Shown here in pieces: positions 26,857 to 35,578 of a stretch of 64,000 bases of DNA; position 1 is the first letter of the stretch; every line of letters begins with the position of its first letter. Origin of the DNA: an uncultured virus (IMG/VR IMGVR_UViG_3300046454_000431) (lineage: Duplodnaviria > Heunggongvirae > Uroviricota > Caudoviricetes); IMG/VR virus record IMGVR_UViG_3300046454_000431; one strand, given 5' to 3'. The translations under genes and the position numbers were made by a program. The notes beneath the pieces are model-generated. The model ran no database searches. It was given only the letters and a program-made list of their open reading frames with translations, and was not told where the DNA came from.

Positions 26857-27003
26857 ATGTTTTTTCGCAATAACCCCACGTCCGTGACGGAGAAGGCTCC
26901 GGAAAAGCCGATTCCAGCCCCAAAAACCCCTGAAAAACACGAAAAACACGATGAAAAGACCGAAAAACACCCCCACCGCGACATGCACGAGAGCAAAAAA
27001 TGA
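26857..27003 (+). CDS. Small K/E/H-rich protein
   Basis: GGGAG RBS; ATGA coupling. Confidence 0.5.
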   Translation: MFFRNNPTSVTEKAPEKPIPAPKTPEKHEKHDEKTEKHPHRDMHESKK

Positions 27004-27587
27004 CTAAAAAGACCGAACATGAGCACCAGGTCCATAAGTCGAGCCGCATCAAACCCTCGATTCAGGCTGCTTTGGACGAAACGCACCCCACCGGGGGCGC
27101 TGAAGTGCTCCACCATCACCCTTCCGTGGCCGGATCGCACCGCCGGCCCGGCGATTTCGACGTATTCGACCCCCAAGACCCCGGCATGCAGGGCATTCCG
27201 CTGGCCGGGCCTCCTTCTTACCTGTCGCCATCGACCGGCGACCTCCAAAGGAAGCTGGCGGAAGCTCCTCCTCTCTTAATGCCCGATCTTGAGCACGTCG
27301 CCGCCTTTGGCGAGGGCTTCACTCACATCGCCAGCGGCAATGAGGGCGTCACCGCGACCAATATTCATCCCAACCAGGTCCGCTTCATGGATTTCGGCGC
27401 CGCGCTTCTCCAATTGGAGCAGGGCCACCGCATTCAGCGCAAGGCGTGGAGCGGCAGATGGGTCGAGGCCCGCTTTCCCGACGGCGCGCCGGCGTGTCTT
27501 TACATGACGCTGGCCAACGGCGAAATGACCATCTGGACTATCTCCCAAGCTGACGTATTGGCCAGAGACTGGAGCATTGCGCCATGA
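27000..27587 (+). CDS. DUF2829 (Tad2-like) domain protein with an N-terminal extension
   Basis: C-terminal MDFGAAL...G.RIQR.AW...W..SQADVLA.DW. Confidence 0.75.
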   Translation: MTKKTEHEHQVHKSSRIKPSIQAALDETHPTGGAEVLHHHPSVAGSHRRPGDFDVFDPQDPGMQGIPLAGPPSYLSPSTGDLQRKLAEAPPLLMPDLEHVAAFGEGFTHIASGNEGVTATNIHPNQVRFMDFGAALLQLEQGHRIQRKAWSGRWVEARFPDGAPACLYMTLANGEMTIWTISQADVLARDWSIAP

Positions 27588-27922
27588 CCGTAGTTGAGAA
27601 CGACCGTATGACGTCCATCAATCCCTACAGCATGGATTTTGGCACGGCCATCCTGCAAATGCGGGCCGGCTGCAAAGTCCAGCGCGAGGGCTGGAACGGC
27701 AAGGATATGTGGATCGCCCTGTCGGGCGTGGAGGGACCGCGCGTAGTCTACCACGAGCAGCTTTGGTCGAAGGTCGCCCGCGATTACGCCAAAACCCAGC
27801 CCGATGGGAGAGTTACCGTCCTGCCCTGCTTCATCATGAAGACGGCGACCGGCGAAATCCTGATGGGTTGGCTGGCGAGCCAATCCGACATGCTGGCCCA
27901 GGATTGGAGAGTTGTGCCGTGA
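27584..27922 (+). CDS. DUF2829 / Tad2-like nucleotide-signal sponge
   Basis: MDFGTAI...KVQREGWNGKDMW...GWLASQSDMLAQDW, the canonical DUF2829 pattern. Confidence 0.85.
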   Translation: MTVVENDRMTSINPYSMDFGTAILQMRAGCKVQREGWNGKDMWIALSGVEGPRVVYHEQLWSKVARDYAKTQPDGRVTVLPCFIMKTATGEILMGWLASQSDMLAQDWRVVP

Positions 27923-28110
27923 CCCCGTTCAGGCCCGAACCCATCAAGACGACCAAGCTATGGACCGGCGTCTGCCGCGACGGCCCGTGGAAAGGCCTGC
28001 CATTGACGGCGGGATCGCGCTTCGTCTGCGCCCCCGACGGCAATGAATACTGCAATGACGGGACCGGACACTGGAACTGGGTCGAGCTACACCACGAGGG
28101 CAAGAAATGA
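27919..28110 (+). CDS. Small GVCxxGP-domain protein
   Basis: GGAGA RBS with GTGA coupling; similar to the N-terminus of the next ORF. Confidence 0.6.
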   Translation: MTPFRPEPIKTTKLWTGVCRDGPWKGLPLTAGSRFVCAPDGNEYCNDGTGHWNWVELHHEGKK

Positions 28111-28565
28111 GCAAAATCCTCAATGGCGTTTGCGTCGGCGGTCCCCTGAATGACCGGGGCCTGACCTGGGACAAGGACGTGAAAGTGCTGCTGGCGTCGA
28201 ACAACGACGGCCACGCCGGCGAATACCACTATGACCACGCAGCCACCAACAAGTGGATCTGGCTTGACGAAGGCAAGGAACAAACCATGAGCAGAGCAGC
28301 CGAAGAGCAGACCATACCCCGAATTACGCCCGAAATCATCGATAAGCGCATCGTGCGGGTGAAATACTATCAATTTCCCGACTCCACCGTCATGATCTGC
28401 GCCATCGAACTGACCAATGGCTACCATGTCATTGGCGAGGCCGGCTGCTCTTCTCCGCTCACTTTTGACGAAACCATCGCCAGGCGGATCTCCTTCGACG
28501 ACGCCCGCCGCAAGATCTGGCCGCTGGAGGGCTACGTCCTCCGCAACGAACTGAAGGGGCTATGA
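28107..28565 (+). CDS. GVCxxGP domain fused to an N4 Gp49/Sf6 gp66-family domain
   Basis: PRIT...ICAIELTNGY.V.G...C.SP..FD..I...IWPLEGY.L; possible internal start at 28287. Confidence 0.8.
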   Translation: MSKILNGVCVGGPLNDRGLTWDKDVKVLLASNNDGHAGEYHYDHAATNKWIWLDEGKEQTMSRAAEEQTIPRITPEIIDKRIVRVKYYQFPDSTVMICAIELTNGYHVIGEAGCSSPLTFDETIARRISFDDARRKIWPLEGYVLRNELKGL

Positions 28566-28673
28566 CGCCGCTCGATATCGCCATTTCGGTTTTCATCCTG
28601 CTGCTTGTCAGCCGCCTCTCCTACAACAAGGGGCGGCGCGACGAGCGCGCCGCTCATTTCGAGGATTACGAAA

Positions 28674-28889
28674 ATGAGTTTCATGATGAAGGCCACTGTC
28701 GATAATCACCCGCTGCCTGGCGGGCGACCCTCACACCTGTTTGACGTCCATGTCGAGGGCGGCGATCCGCCGGCCAAGGCCGAATACACCATCATCGCCA
28801 ACGATGAGGATGAAGCGGCCCGCGAGGGCATGAAACGGTTCCAAAAGGCCCATGACAAGACGCCGATGCCCGACATTGGCGATATTTGA
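28674..28889 (+). CDS. Small hypothetical protein
   Basis: GAGGA RBS. Confidence 0.55.
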   Translation: MSFMMKATVDNHPLPGGRPSHLFDVHVEGGDPPAKAEYTIIANDEDEAAREGMKRFQKAHDKTPMPDIGDI

Positions 28890-28933
28890 AATAGGCGTTA
28901 TAGTCCCTTCTGCTTTTCCAGAGAGGATGCGCC

Positions 28934-31468
28934 ATGCCATTGGTGCCGGGCTTGCCCCTGAACATCCGCCAGACCAATGGCGGCGCCCCGCCGGCCATTT
29001 CTCCGGGCGTCTCCATCCAGCATGACGTTCACGAGCCTCCCGGCGTCCCCGAAATGGACGACGCCGGCGCTGTCATCAAGATCGAGCATGCCGACGGCAG
29101 CGTCACTGTCTCGCTTGATGGCAAATCGCTGGTCGATAAGCCAGAGCAGAACACAGGCTGGTTCGCCAACCTGGCCGAAAAGCTTCCGGAAGACGATCTG
29201 AGCGGCATTGCCGACGATTTGCTGCGCGGGATCGACGAGGATCTGACCAGCCGCAACGACTGGATCGAAGAGCGCGCCCAGGGCATCAAGCTGCTCGGCC
29301 TCAAGATCGAGATCCCCAATTTGCAGTCGGCGGCGGACGGCGCCCCGGTGGACGGCATGTCAAAAGTGCGGCATCCGCTGCTGCAGGAGGCGGTGCTCCG
29401 CTTTCAAGCCAACTGCCGCTCCGAAATGCTGCCCACCGACGGGCCGATCAAGATCCGCGATGACGGCAGCAACTCCAATCTCCCTCGTGACGCACTGGCG
29501 ACCGCCCTTGAAAAAGACCTCAATCATTATCTCACTGTCACTGCGACCGAATACTATCCCGACACCGACAAGATGTTCCTTCTGCTGGGCTTTGGCGGCA
29601 CGGCATTCAAGAAAGTGTACAACTGCCCGCTGCGTAATCGGCCAGTTTCTGAATCGGTTGACGCCAACGACCTCATCGTCAACGACGCCGCCACCGACCT
29701 CGCCAACGCCAAGCGTGTTACCCATCGATCTATGATGCGGCCCTCGACGGTCAGGCGCATGCAGATAATCGGCGCCTATCGCGACATCGACCTCGATACG
29801 CCCAAGCCGCAGACGCTCGACGCTGCGCAGGAGGCGGCTAAAAACCAGCAAGGGATCCAGACCAACACCACGAGGCCCGACGACCGTGACCGCGAGATCT
29901 ACGAGTGCTATTGCGAACTCGATCTCAAAGGCTACGAGCACAAGTACAAAGGCAAGATTTCGGGCCTTGAGATCCCGTACCGGGTCACCATCGACCTCTC
30001 CAGCCGCAAAATCCTCTCGGTCGTCAGAAACTACGATGAGGACACGAAGGAGCTTCCTGAAGCTAGAGAGACATTCGTCAAATATACCTACGTACCGGGC
30101 CTCGGCTTCTACGATATCGGACTCCTTCATATATTGGGCAATACCACCAACGCTGTTACTGCTGCTTGGCGCGAGTTGCTGGACGCTGGAATGTTTAACA
30201 ACTTTCCCGGCTTTCTCATGGCTGATACGGGAGCCAGACAGAACACGAATATCTTCCGCGTACCGCCGGGCGGCGGCGTCCTCGTCAAGACGGGCGGTCT
30301 TCCCATCAATCAGGCGATTATGCCACTTCCTTACCAGCCGCCGTCTCAAGCTCTGATGGCCCTGGTCGATAACATGGTGCAGACCGGCCAGCGCAGCGGC
30401 GGCACCGCCGAACTGCCGGCCAACGAAGGCAAGGCCGAAATCCCCGTCGGCACCATCCTGGCGATGATCGAGCAGGCCCAGAAGGTGCTGAACAACGTCC
30501 ACAAGCGCATGCACTCGGCGCAATCGCAGGAATTTCGCCTGCTGATACGCTGCTTCAAGGAGAACCCCAAGGCGTTCTGGCAGCGCAACAAGAAGCCGTC
30601 CGCGCCGTGGGACGAGCAGAACTTCCGCGCCGCGCTCGATCAGGCCGACCTGACCCCGCAGGCCGATCCGAATACGTCGAGCCATGGCCAGCGCGTGATG
30701 AAGATCATGGCGCTCAAGCAGTTGCAGCAGCAAAACCCCAGTCTCTACGACCCCATCGCCATCGATACGGCGGCGCTGCAGGCGCTGGGCTGGAACAATC
30801 CGCAGCAATTCATGGCGCCGCCGAGCGCCCAGGCCGCGCCTCCCCCGCAACTCATCCAGCAGCAGGCTGAGACGGCGGCGAAGACCCTCACCTCGCAGGC
30901 GGCGATGGTCACCGCCCAGGCGCGGGCCAAGGAGGCCGGCGCCCGCGCCATGAACCTGATGGCGGAAGCCCAGACCATGGGCATGGACGAAACCGGCCAG
31001 ATCCAGCAGGACACGCCGGTCGATCAGCACCGCGCCGAATCGGAGCGCATCAAGGCCAACGCGCATGCGCAGCAGGCCGACACTCACCAATCCGTCATGC
31101 AGGCCAAGTCCCAGGCCGACCTGCTGAACGCCCAGACGCGGGCCAAGGAAATCCAATTGAAGCTGGGCGAACTGTCGATGAAGGATTCGCACCACGACGA
31201 CGAGCAGCGCCTCAAGGCGAGGCAGAGCGCCGTCGATATGGCCAAGCAGGTCATGGACACCCGTGCCGAAGACCAGCGCACCGCCGCCGAGATCCATCAC
31301 GATCACACCATACTGAGCCGCGAGCAGGAGCACGATCACGCGATCACCGAAAAGACCCACGCGCATGAGAAGGAATTGGAGGGCGTGAAGAAAGCGGCGG
31401 CTATCGCGGTCGCTAAAGCCAAACCGAAACCCAAGCCTGCAGCCGCCAAGCCAAAGGCCAAGAAATGA
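28934..31468 (+). CDS. Portal protein with a long C-terminal helical extension
   Basis: Follows terL; HPLLQEAV.RFQA, GTAFKKVY, GFYDIGLLH and AMIEQAQKV..VHKRMH; Q/A-rich coiled coil. Confidence 0.85.
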   Translation: MPLVPGLPLNIRQTNGGAPPAISPGVSIQHDVHEPPGVPEMDDAGAVIKIEHADGSVTVSLDGKSLVDKPEQNTGWFANLAEKLPEDDLSGIADDLLRGIDEDLTSRNDWIEERAQGIKLLGLKIEIPNLQSAADGAPVDGMSKVRHPLLQEAVLRFQANCRSEMLPTDGPIKIRDDGSNSNLPRDALATALEKDLNHYLTVTATEYYPDTDKMFLLLGFGGTAFKKVYNCPLRNRPVSESVDANDLIVNDAATDLANAKRVTHRSMMRPSTVRRMQIIGAYRDIDLDTPKPQTLDAAQEAAKNQQGIQTNTTRPDDRDREIYECYCELDLKGYEHKYKGKISGLEIPYRVTIDLSSRKILSVVRNYDEDTKELPEARETFVKYTYVPGLGFYDIGLLHILGNTTNAVTAAWRELLDAGMFNNFPGFLMADTGARQNTNIFRVPPGGGVLVKTGGLPINQAIMPLPYQPPSQALMALVDNMVQTGQRSGGTAELPANEGKAEIPVGTILAMIEQAQKVLNNVHKRMHSAQSQEFRLLIRCFKENPKAFWQRNKKPSAPWDEQNFRAALDQADLTPQADPNTSSHGQRVMKIMALKQLQQQNPSLYDPIAIDTAALQALGWNNPQQFMAPPSAQAAPPPQLIQQQAETAAKTLTSQAAMVTAQARAKEAGARAMNLMAEAQTMGMDETGQIQQDTPVDQHRAESERIKANAHAQQADTHQSVMQAKSQADLLNAQTRAKEIQLKLGELSMKDSHHDDEQRLKARQSAVDMAKQVMDTRAEDQRTAAEIHHDHTILSREQEHDHAITEKTHAHEKELEGVKKAAAIAVAKAKPKPKPAAAKPKAKK

Positions 31469-33681
31469 ACGAGCGCGCGAAAGCCCTTGGCTTCGATCCG
31501 TCGCAGACGTGGTTTCACGGCTCAACTAAGGATCTGCCGGCTTTCGCCGCCAAGCGCGCTCCGCGCAGCGAGCAAATGGGCCTGGAAGGCGTTCACCTTG
31601 CGCAAAATCCGGATTTTGCCTCCCATTACGCCGAAGGGCCTGGCGGCAACGTCACGCCAGTTCATGTGCGCGGCAATATTCTCGACGCCACCCAGCTTAT
31701 CCCCGAAGGCGGCGAGCATCACGCCATTCTCGATAAGCTGCTGAAGGGAACAGGCCGCAAGCCATACTGGAACTCTGATGAGCAGGGGCGTCGATTCGCC
31801 CCGCCGCTTCAGGGTCATATCGACGCCGTCAGCCCGCAAAAGGCCAAGCGCGTCATCCAGGAACACGGCTACGACGGCGTCAAATACGATGCTCGATACG
31901 GATCATTGCAGCCTGGAGGCCGCAGCGCGAGCATTTCAAACAAAAGCCCCGCAGTGGTGATGTTCGACCCATCGAATATCCGGGCCAGGACTGCACAATT
32001 CGACCCCCAGCAAGCAGGGAGCGCGGAACTAATGGCATCGAGAGGCGGTAAGGCGATCCACTCTGCGCTCCTGACGGCCAAGAGCCTTTATGACAAGCTG
32101 CCGCATGTCGTCGGCGGCGGGGCGCCGATGGCCAAGGGCGGCGCTGCGCTGGCGCCGATTCCCCAGATCATCATGCCGGGCGATCACCCGGCCCGCATCG
32201 ACACCCGGCTGGCGACCGGGGCCAAGCCGCTCGATCTGGGGCCAGGGCCGCGCACCGTCAACATGGCTGCGTTGCGGGCGACGCCGGCGCTGTTCGACAA
32301 GAACGTCGATATCCTGCGGCACTACCCGAATGTTTCGAAAAGGGCGGCGAAGCTGTCGAACCCGGATATGGCCGAGCATTTCATCAATCACGTCAAGGAC
32401 AACCTGCTGTGGCTGCACGATCAGGTGCCCAACGAAACCCGGCAGCGGTCCAAATTGTGGTACGACGGCGCCAACAAGCTGGCCAAGGAGTGGGCGCAAA
32501 AATACGGCGTCTCGGAGGCGTCCGCCGCCGGCGCGCTGGCCGCGCTGTCGCCGCAGAAGGACTGGTTTCAGAACGTGTCGCTGGCCGAGCGCGTCCTGCA
32601 TGCGATGAAGGGGCGCGGCAATAACGCATATCATGGTGAAACCTTTTCGCCTGAAATGGAGGGCACCTATCGCGGCCTGGACAAGCTGGCCACCGAGAAG
32701 AACGAGCCAATCTTCCAGGCGATCAGGGGCAAGTCGCTGGGCGACATCGACGACATGAAGCACATTCCCGGCGACGAGCGCGCGGTCATGAAGGCGCTGT
32801 GGATCCGGATGCACGATCAGACCCACGGCGATCCCGGCTACAAGATCGCCACGCCGGAAGGTCATTTTGGCGAGGTCGCCCGGAACGCCGACGGATCGCC
32901 ATCGAGGGCGGGCTGGGGTTCGCTGGGCGAAATCGGCAAGGCGGTGCAGGCCATCGAGAGCAATGGCGATCCGACCTTCATGAACCGCCTGATGGGCGAG
33001 CGCCACAAGGTTCGCAATTTCTACAATAACATCCTCGATCCCAACTCCCAGCACGGCGACGTCACCATCGACACCCATGCGGTCGCCGCCGGCCTGCTGC
33101 GCGCGCTGTCGGGCAATTCGCTTGAGGTGGCGCACAATTTCAGCAACTACGCCGGCAAGGGCGTTCCCGGCGCCGGCGGCTCCAACGCCACCGGCGTGAA
33201 CGGAACCTATCCGCTCTACGCCGACGCCTATCGCCAAGCCGCCAAAGAGCGCGGTATACTGCCGCGCGAAATGCAATCGATTACGTGGGAGGCGATCAGA
33301 GGATTGTTCCCCGACACCTTCAAAACTGATAAAAACAACGCCCATATCGACAGCATCTGGAACGACTACAAGAACGGAAAGAAGGGAATCGACGATGTCC
33401 GCAAAGAAATCCACGACTTCGCGGGGGGCATCCGGCCACCGGAGTGGCACGACACCTCTGGAACGCCTGATGCACCGGTTCGGGGTGCCAGTGGACCGGG
33501 ACTCGTACCTGGCCCTGGATCACGCGGGCCAGCCCCCCAAGGAATTATCGGCGGAACAGGAAATGGACCTCCCGGAGCACCTGCGCCGCAAGCACCCCGG
33601 CAGTCGGGGCTGATCCTGCCGCCAGGTTATGCCTGCGGCGGCATGATCGACAAAGCATTGGCCGCGACACGGCCCCGGTAA
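31465..33681 (+). CDS. ADP-ribosyltransferase-like (ART-PolyVal type) domain fused to an HhH-GPD glycosylase-like domain
   Basis: N-terminal WFHGS, ASHYA, GYDGV and FDPSNIR; C-terminal WY, ALSPQ, KVRNFYNNI, VTIDTHA and QSITW. Confidence 0.65.
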   Translation: MNERAKALGFDPSQTWFHGSTKDLPAFAAKRAPRSEQMGLEGVHLAQNPDFASHYAEGPGGNVTPVHVRGNILDATQLIPEGGEHHAILDKLLKGTGRKPYWNSDEQGRRFAPPLQGHIDAVSPQKAKRVIQEHGYDGVKYDARYGSLQPGGRSASISNKSPAVVMFDPSNIRARTAQFDPQQAGSAELMASRGGKAIHSALLTAKSLYDKLPHVVGGGAPMAKGGAALAPIPQIIMPGDHPARIDTRLATGAKPLDLGPGPRTVNMAALRATPALFDKNVDILRHYPNVSKRAAKLSNPDMAEHFINHVKDNLLWLHDQVPNETRQRSKLWYDGANKLAKEWAQKYGVSEASAAGALAALSPQKDWFQNVSLAERVLHAMKGRGNNAYHGETFSPEMEGTYRGLDKLATEKNEPIFQAIRGKSLGDIDDMKHIPGDERAVMKALWIRMHDQTHGDPGYKIATPEGHFGEVARNADGSPSRAGWGSLGEIGKAVQAIESNGDPTFMNRLMGERHKVRNFYNNILDPNSQHGDVTIDTHAVAAGLLRALSGNSLEVAHNFSNYAGKGVPGAGGSNATGVNGTYPLYADAYRQAAKERGILPREMQSITWEAIRGLFPDTFKTDKNNAHIDSIWNDYKNGKKGIDDVRKEIHDFAGGIRPPEWHDTSGTPDAPVRGASGPGLVPGPGSRGPAPQGIIGGTGNGPPGAPAPQAPRQSGLILPPGYACGGMIDKALAATRPR

Positions 33682-33716
33682 CCTGATACGGTGATTTAGC
33701 TAGAAGGATGACGCCG

Positions 33717-33971
33717 ATGTGTTTCTCGCTCGCCTGGCTTGAGAATTTGCTCATTTGGGTTGTCATCGTCGGCGCCCTGATCGCCATCCTCCAGCTTTTC
33801 GTGCCTTGGGTGCTGGCCCAAGTCGGGGATCTGGGCGGCGCCGTCGGCGTCATCCTGCAAATCGTCAAAATTATCGTCTGGGCGGTGATCGTGATCTTCG
33901 TGATCTATGTTGTGTTCGATCTGATTCAGTGCCTGATTGGCTCCGGTGGCTTGAAGCTACCCAAGTCATAA
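33717..33971 (+). CDS. Small membrane protein (two TM segments)
   Basis: Two long hydrophobic segments. Confidence 0.7.
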   Translation: MCFSLAWLENLLIWVVIVGALIAILQLFVPWVLAQVGDLGGAVGVILQIVKIIVWAVIVIFVIYVVFDLIQCLIGSGGLKLPKS

Positions 33972-34013
33972 CCCCACGGCTCCGGTAAGCCGTAAACCGA
34001 GAGGACCATATCG

Positions 34014-35294
34014 ATGTCCGAACAAGCCAAAACATACCGCGCCGCGATGCGGGCTAAGGCCGAGCGTTTGGGGACGGCCACGTCCGCAGGCAAAGTCGAT
34101 TGCAGCGATTTCGGCCCTGTCGAGCAGGATCCAATTCACGCCGATAAGCAGGAGGGCCTGCGACCCGTCTCCAGGCGAGCGTATAAGAGCGGCGGCGCCG
34201 TCATGGGCGCGGCGGCTTTCAAGCATGGCGGGCGCGTTGCGCGCAAGGGCGGGGGCGCGGCCAACGCCAGTTCCATGTTCGGCAACGCCATCTACAATAG
34301 CGACGTCAAGGAAGCCAACGAGAAGCGCGACGGCTACGTCAAGCGTGAAGGCGGCATGAAGAAAGGCGGCAGGACCGGCAGATTTGGCGGCGGCGGCAAT
34401 GGCCCGATTGGCGGCCAGACTGCTGTCAACAATCAGGCGGCTGCGAACGCCATGCAGGCCATCGACGCCAACAATAGAGTCGGCGGCAACGTGCCGACCA
34501 ACGCCTTGGGCGTTTCGGCGGGCAGTGGCAGCGGCCATATGTTCGGCATGGCGAAGGGCGGTCACCCGCACAAGGCCGAAGACGAGAAATGCGCCAAGAA
34601 GCTGGTCGCACACCACAAGGCCGACGGCGGACCGATCCCGTCGCCGGCGGACGCCGGTCCGCCTCCCGGCCCGCCCGAAGCTTCACCTTCCGGAACGGAC
34701 CAGGATTCGGGCAAGCTGGATGCGCTGATCAGCGCGCTGGAGCACCAGCATAAAAAGTCGAAGAAGCACAAGGCGCCGCCGATGCCGCCTCCGGGTGCTG
34801 ATGATGAGGCCGGCCCGCCCCCCGATGAGCAGGCCGGCCCGCCTCCAGGCCTCGGCGCCAAGCGCGGCGGCAAGGCCCGCAAGGAAGGCGGCGGCGTCTA
34901 CGCCCCCAACATCAAGCTCGGCCCGCGCGACGGTTACGCCAAGGGCGGCAAGACCAAGGGCAGGACGAACATCAATATTGTCATTGGGCAACCTGGCGGC
35001 GCCTCTCCTCCCGATGCTGGCGGACCTCCTCCCCTGGCCGGGCCGCCGCCGGGGCCGGGGGCGGTTCCTGTGCCGCCTCCCGCGCCCCCGCCCCCGCCGA
35101 TGGCTGGACCTCCAGGCATGCAGGGACCGCCGGGCGCGCCCCCGCCGATGCCGATGCCGCCTCCGGGCGGGCCGATGGGCCGCAAGCATGGCGGTCGAGC
35201 CTATCCGATTGACGATGGATCGGGCGGCGGCAAAGGCCGTCTGCAGAAGATCAGGTCTTATGGCCTGGTTCCAGCCAAAGGAGGTGGGAAGTGA
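34014..35294 (+). CDS. Gly/Lys/Pro-rich low-complexity late protein with many KxGG motifs
   Basis: GAGGA RBS; YKSGG, FKHGG, MKKGG, MAKGG, KADGG, AKRGG, YAKGG and RKHGG. Confidence 0.75.
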   Translation: MSEQAKTYRAAMRAKAERLGTATSAGKVDCSDFGPVEQDPIHADKQEGLRPVSRRAYKSGGAVMGAAAFKHGGRVARKGGGAANASSMFGNAIYNSDVKEANEKRDGYVKREGGMKKGGRTGRFGGGGNGPIGGQTAVNNQAAANAMQAIDANNRVGGNVPTNALGVSAGSGSGHMFGMAKGGHPHKAEDEKCAKKLVAHHKADGGPIPSPADAGPPPGPPEASPSGTDQDSGKLDALISALEHQHKKSKKHKAPPMPPPGADDEAGPPPDEQAGPPPGLGAKRGGKARKEGGGVYAPNIKLGPRDGYAKGGKTKGRTNINIVIGQPGGASPPDAGGPPPLAGPPPGPGAVPVPPPAPPPPPMAGPPGMQGPPGAPPPMPMPPPGGPMGRKHGGRAYPIDDGSGGGKGRLQKIRSYGLVPAKGGGK

Positions 35295-35560
35295 GCTTCG
35301 AAAAGTCTGTTGTCGATCACGCGCTTGTTGTCGCTTTGGGGATCCTCCTCCTGCTGTTCGCTTTTGCCGGCTTTGTCATTTCGGCTCGTGCTCAGTCTAT
35401 CGAGATTGGGCCAGGCGGCGTTGCGGTAAGTCCTGGCCGCGAGCGCGGCTGGGGCGGGCAGTGCGAGGAACTGCGGCGCGCTTGCGAATACAAGGAAGAG
35501 CGCGGCGAGGAAGGTTACGGCAACTGCCGTCGCTATCGCCGCTTCTGCCAAGGCAGGTAA
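35291..35560 (+). CDS. Small exported four-Cys protein
   Basis: Hydrophobic leader ending ARA; CEELRRAC...GNCRRYRRFC. Confidence 0.7.
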   Translation: MSFEKSVVDHALVVALGILLLLFAFAGFVISARAQSIEIGPGGVAVSPGRERGWGGQCEELRRACEYKEERGEEGYGNCRRYRRFCQGR

Positions 35561-35578
35561 TCAAATAGGAGAAAGTTG

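Noticed and set aside
25206..27623. Identical 16-mer ATGACGTCCATCAATC at the terL start and at 27608
   Set aside because: A single short match with no flanking similarity; chance or an old recombination scar cannot be distinguished.
29360..31525. Long antisense ORFs (also 32029..33450, 39363..40637, 58830..60476 and 62765..63901)
   Set aside because: These are shadow frames of GC-rich sense genes, with no recognisable motifs.
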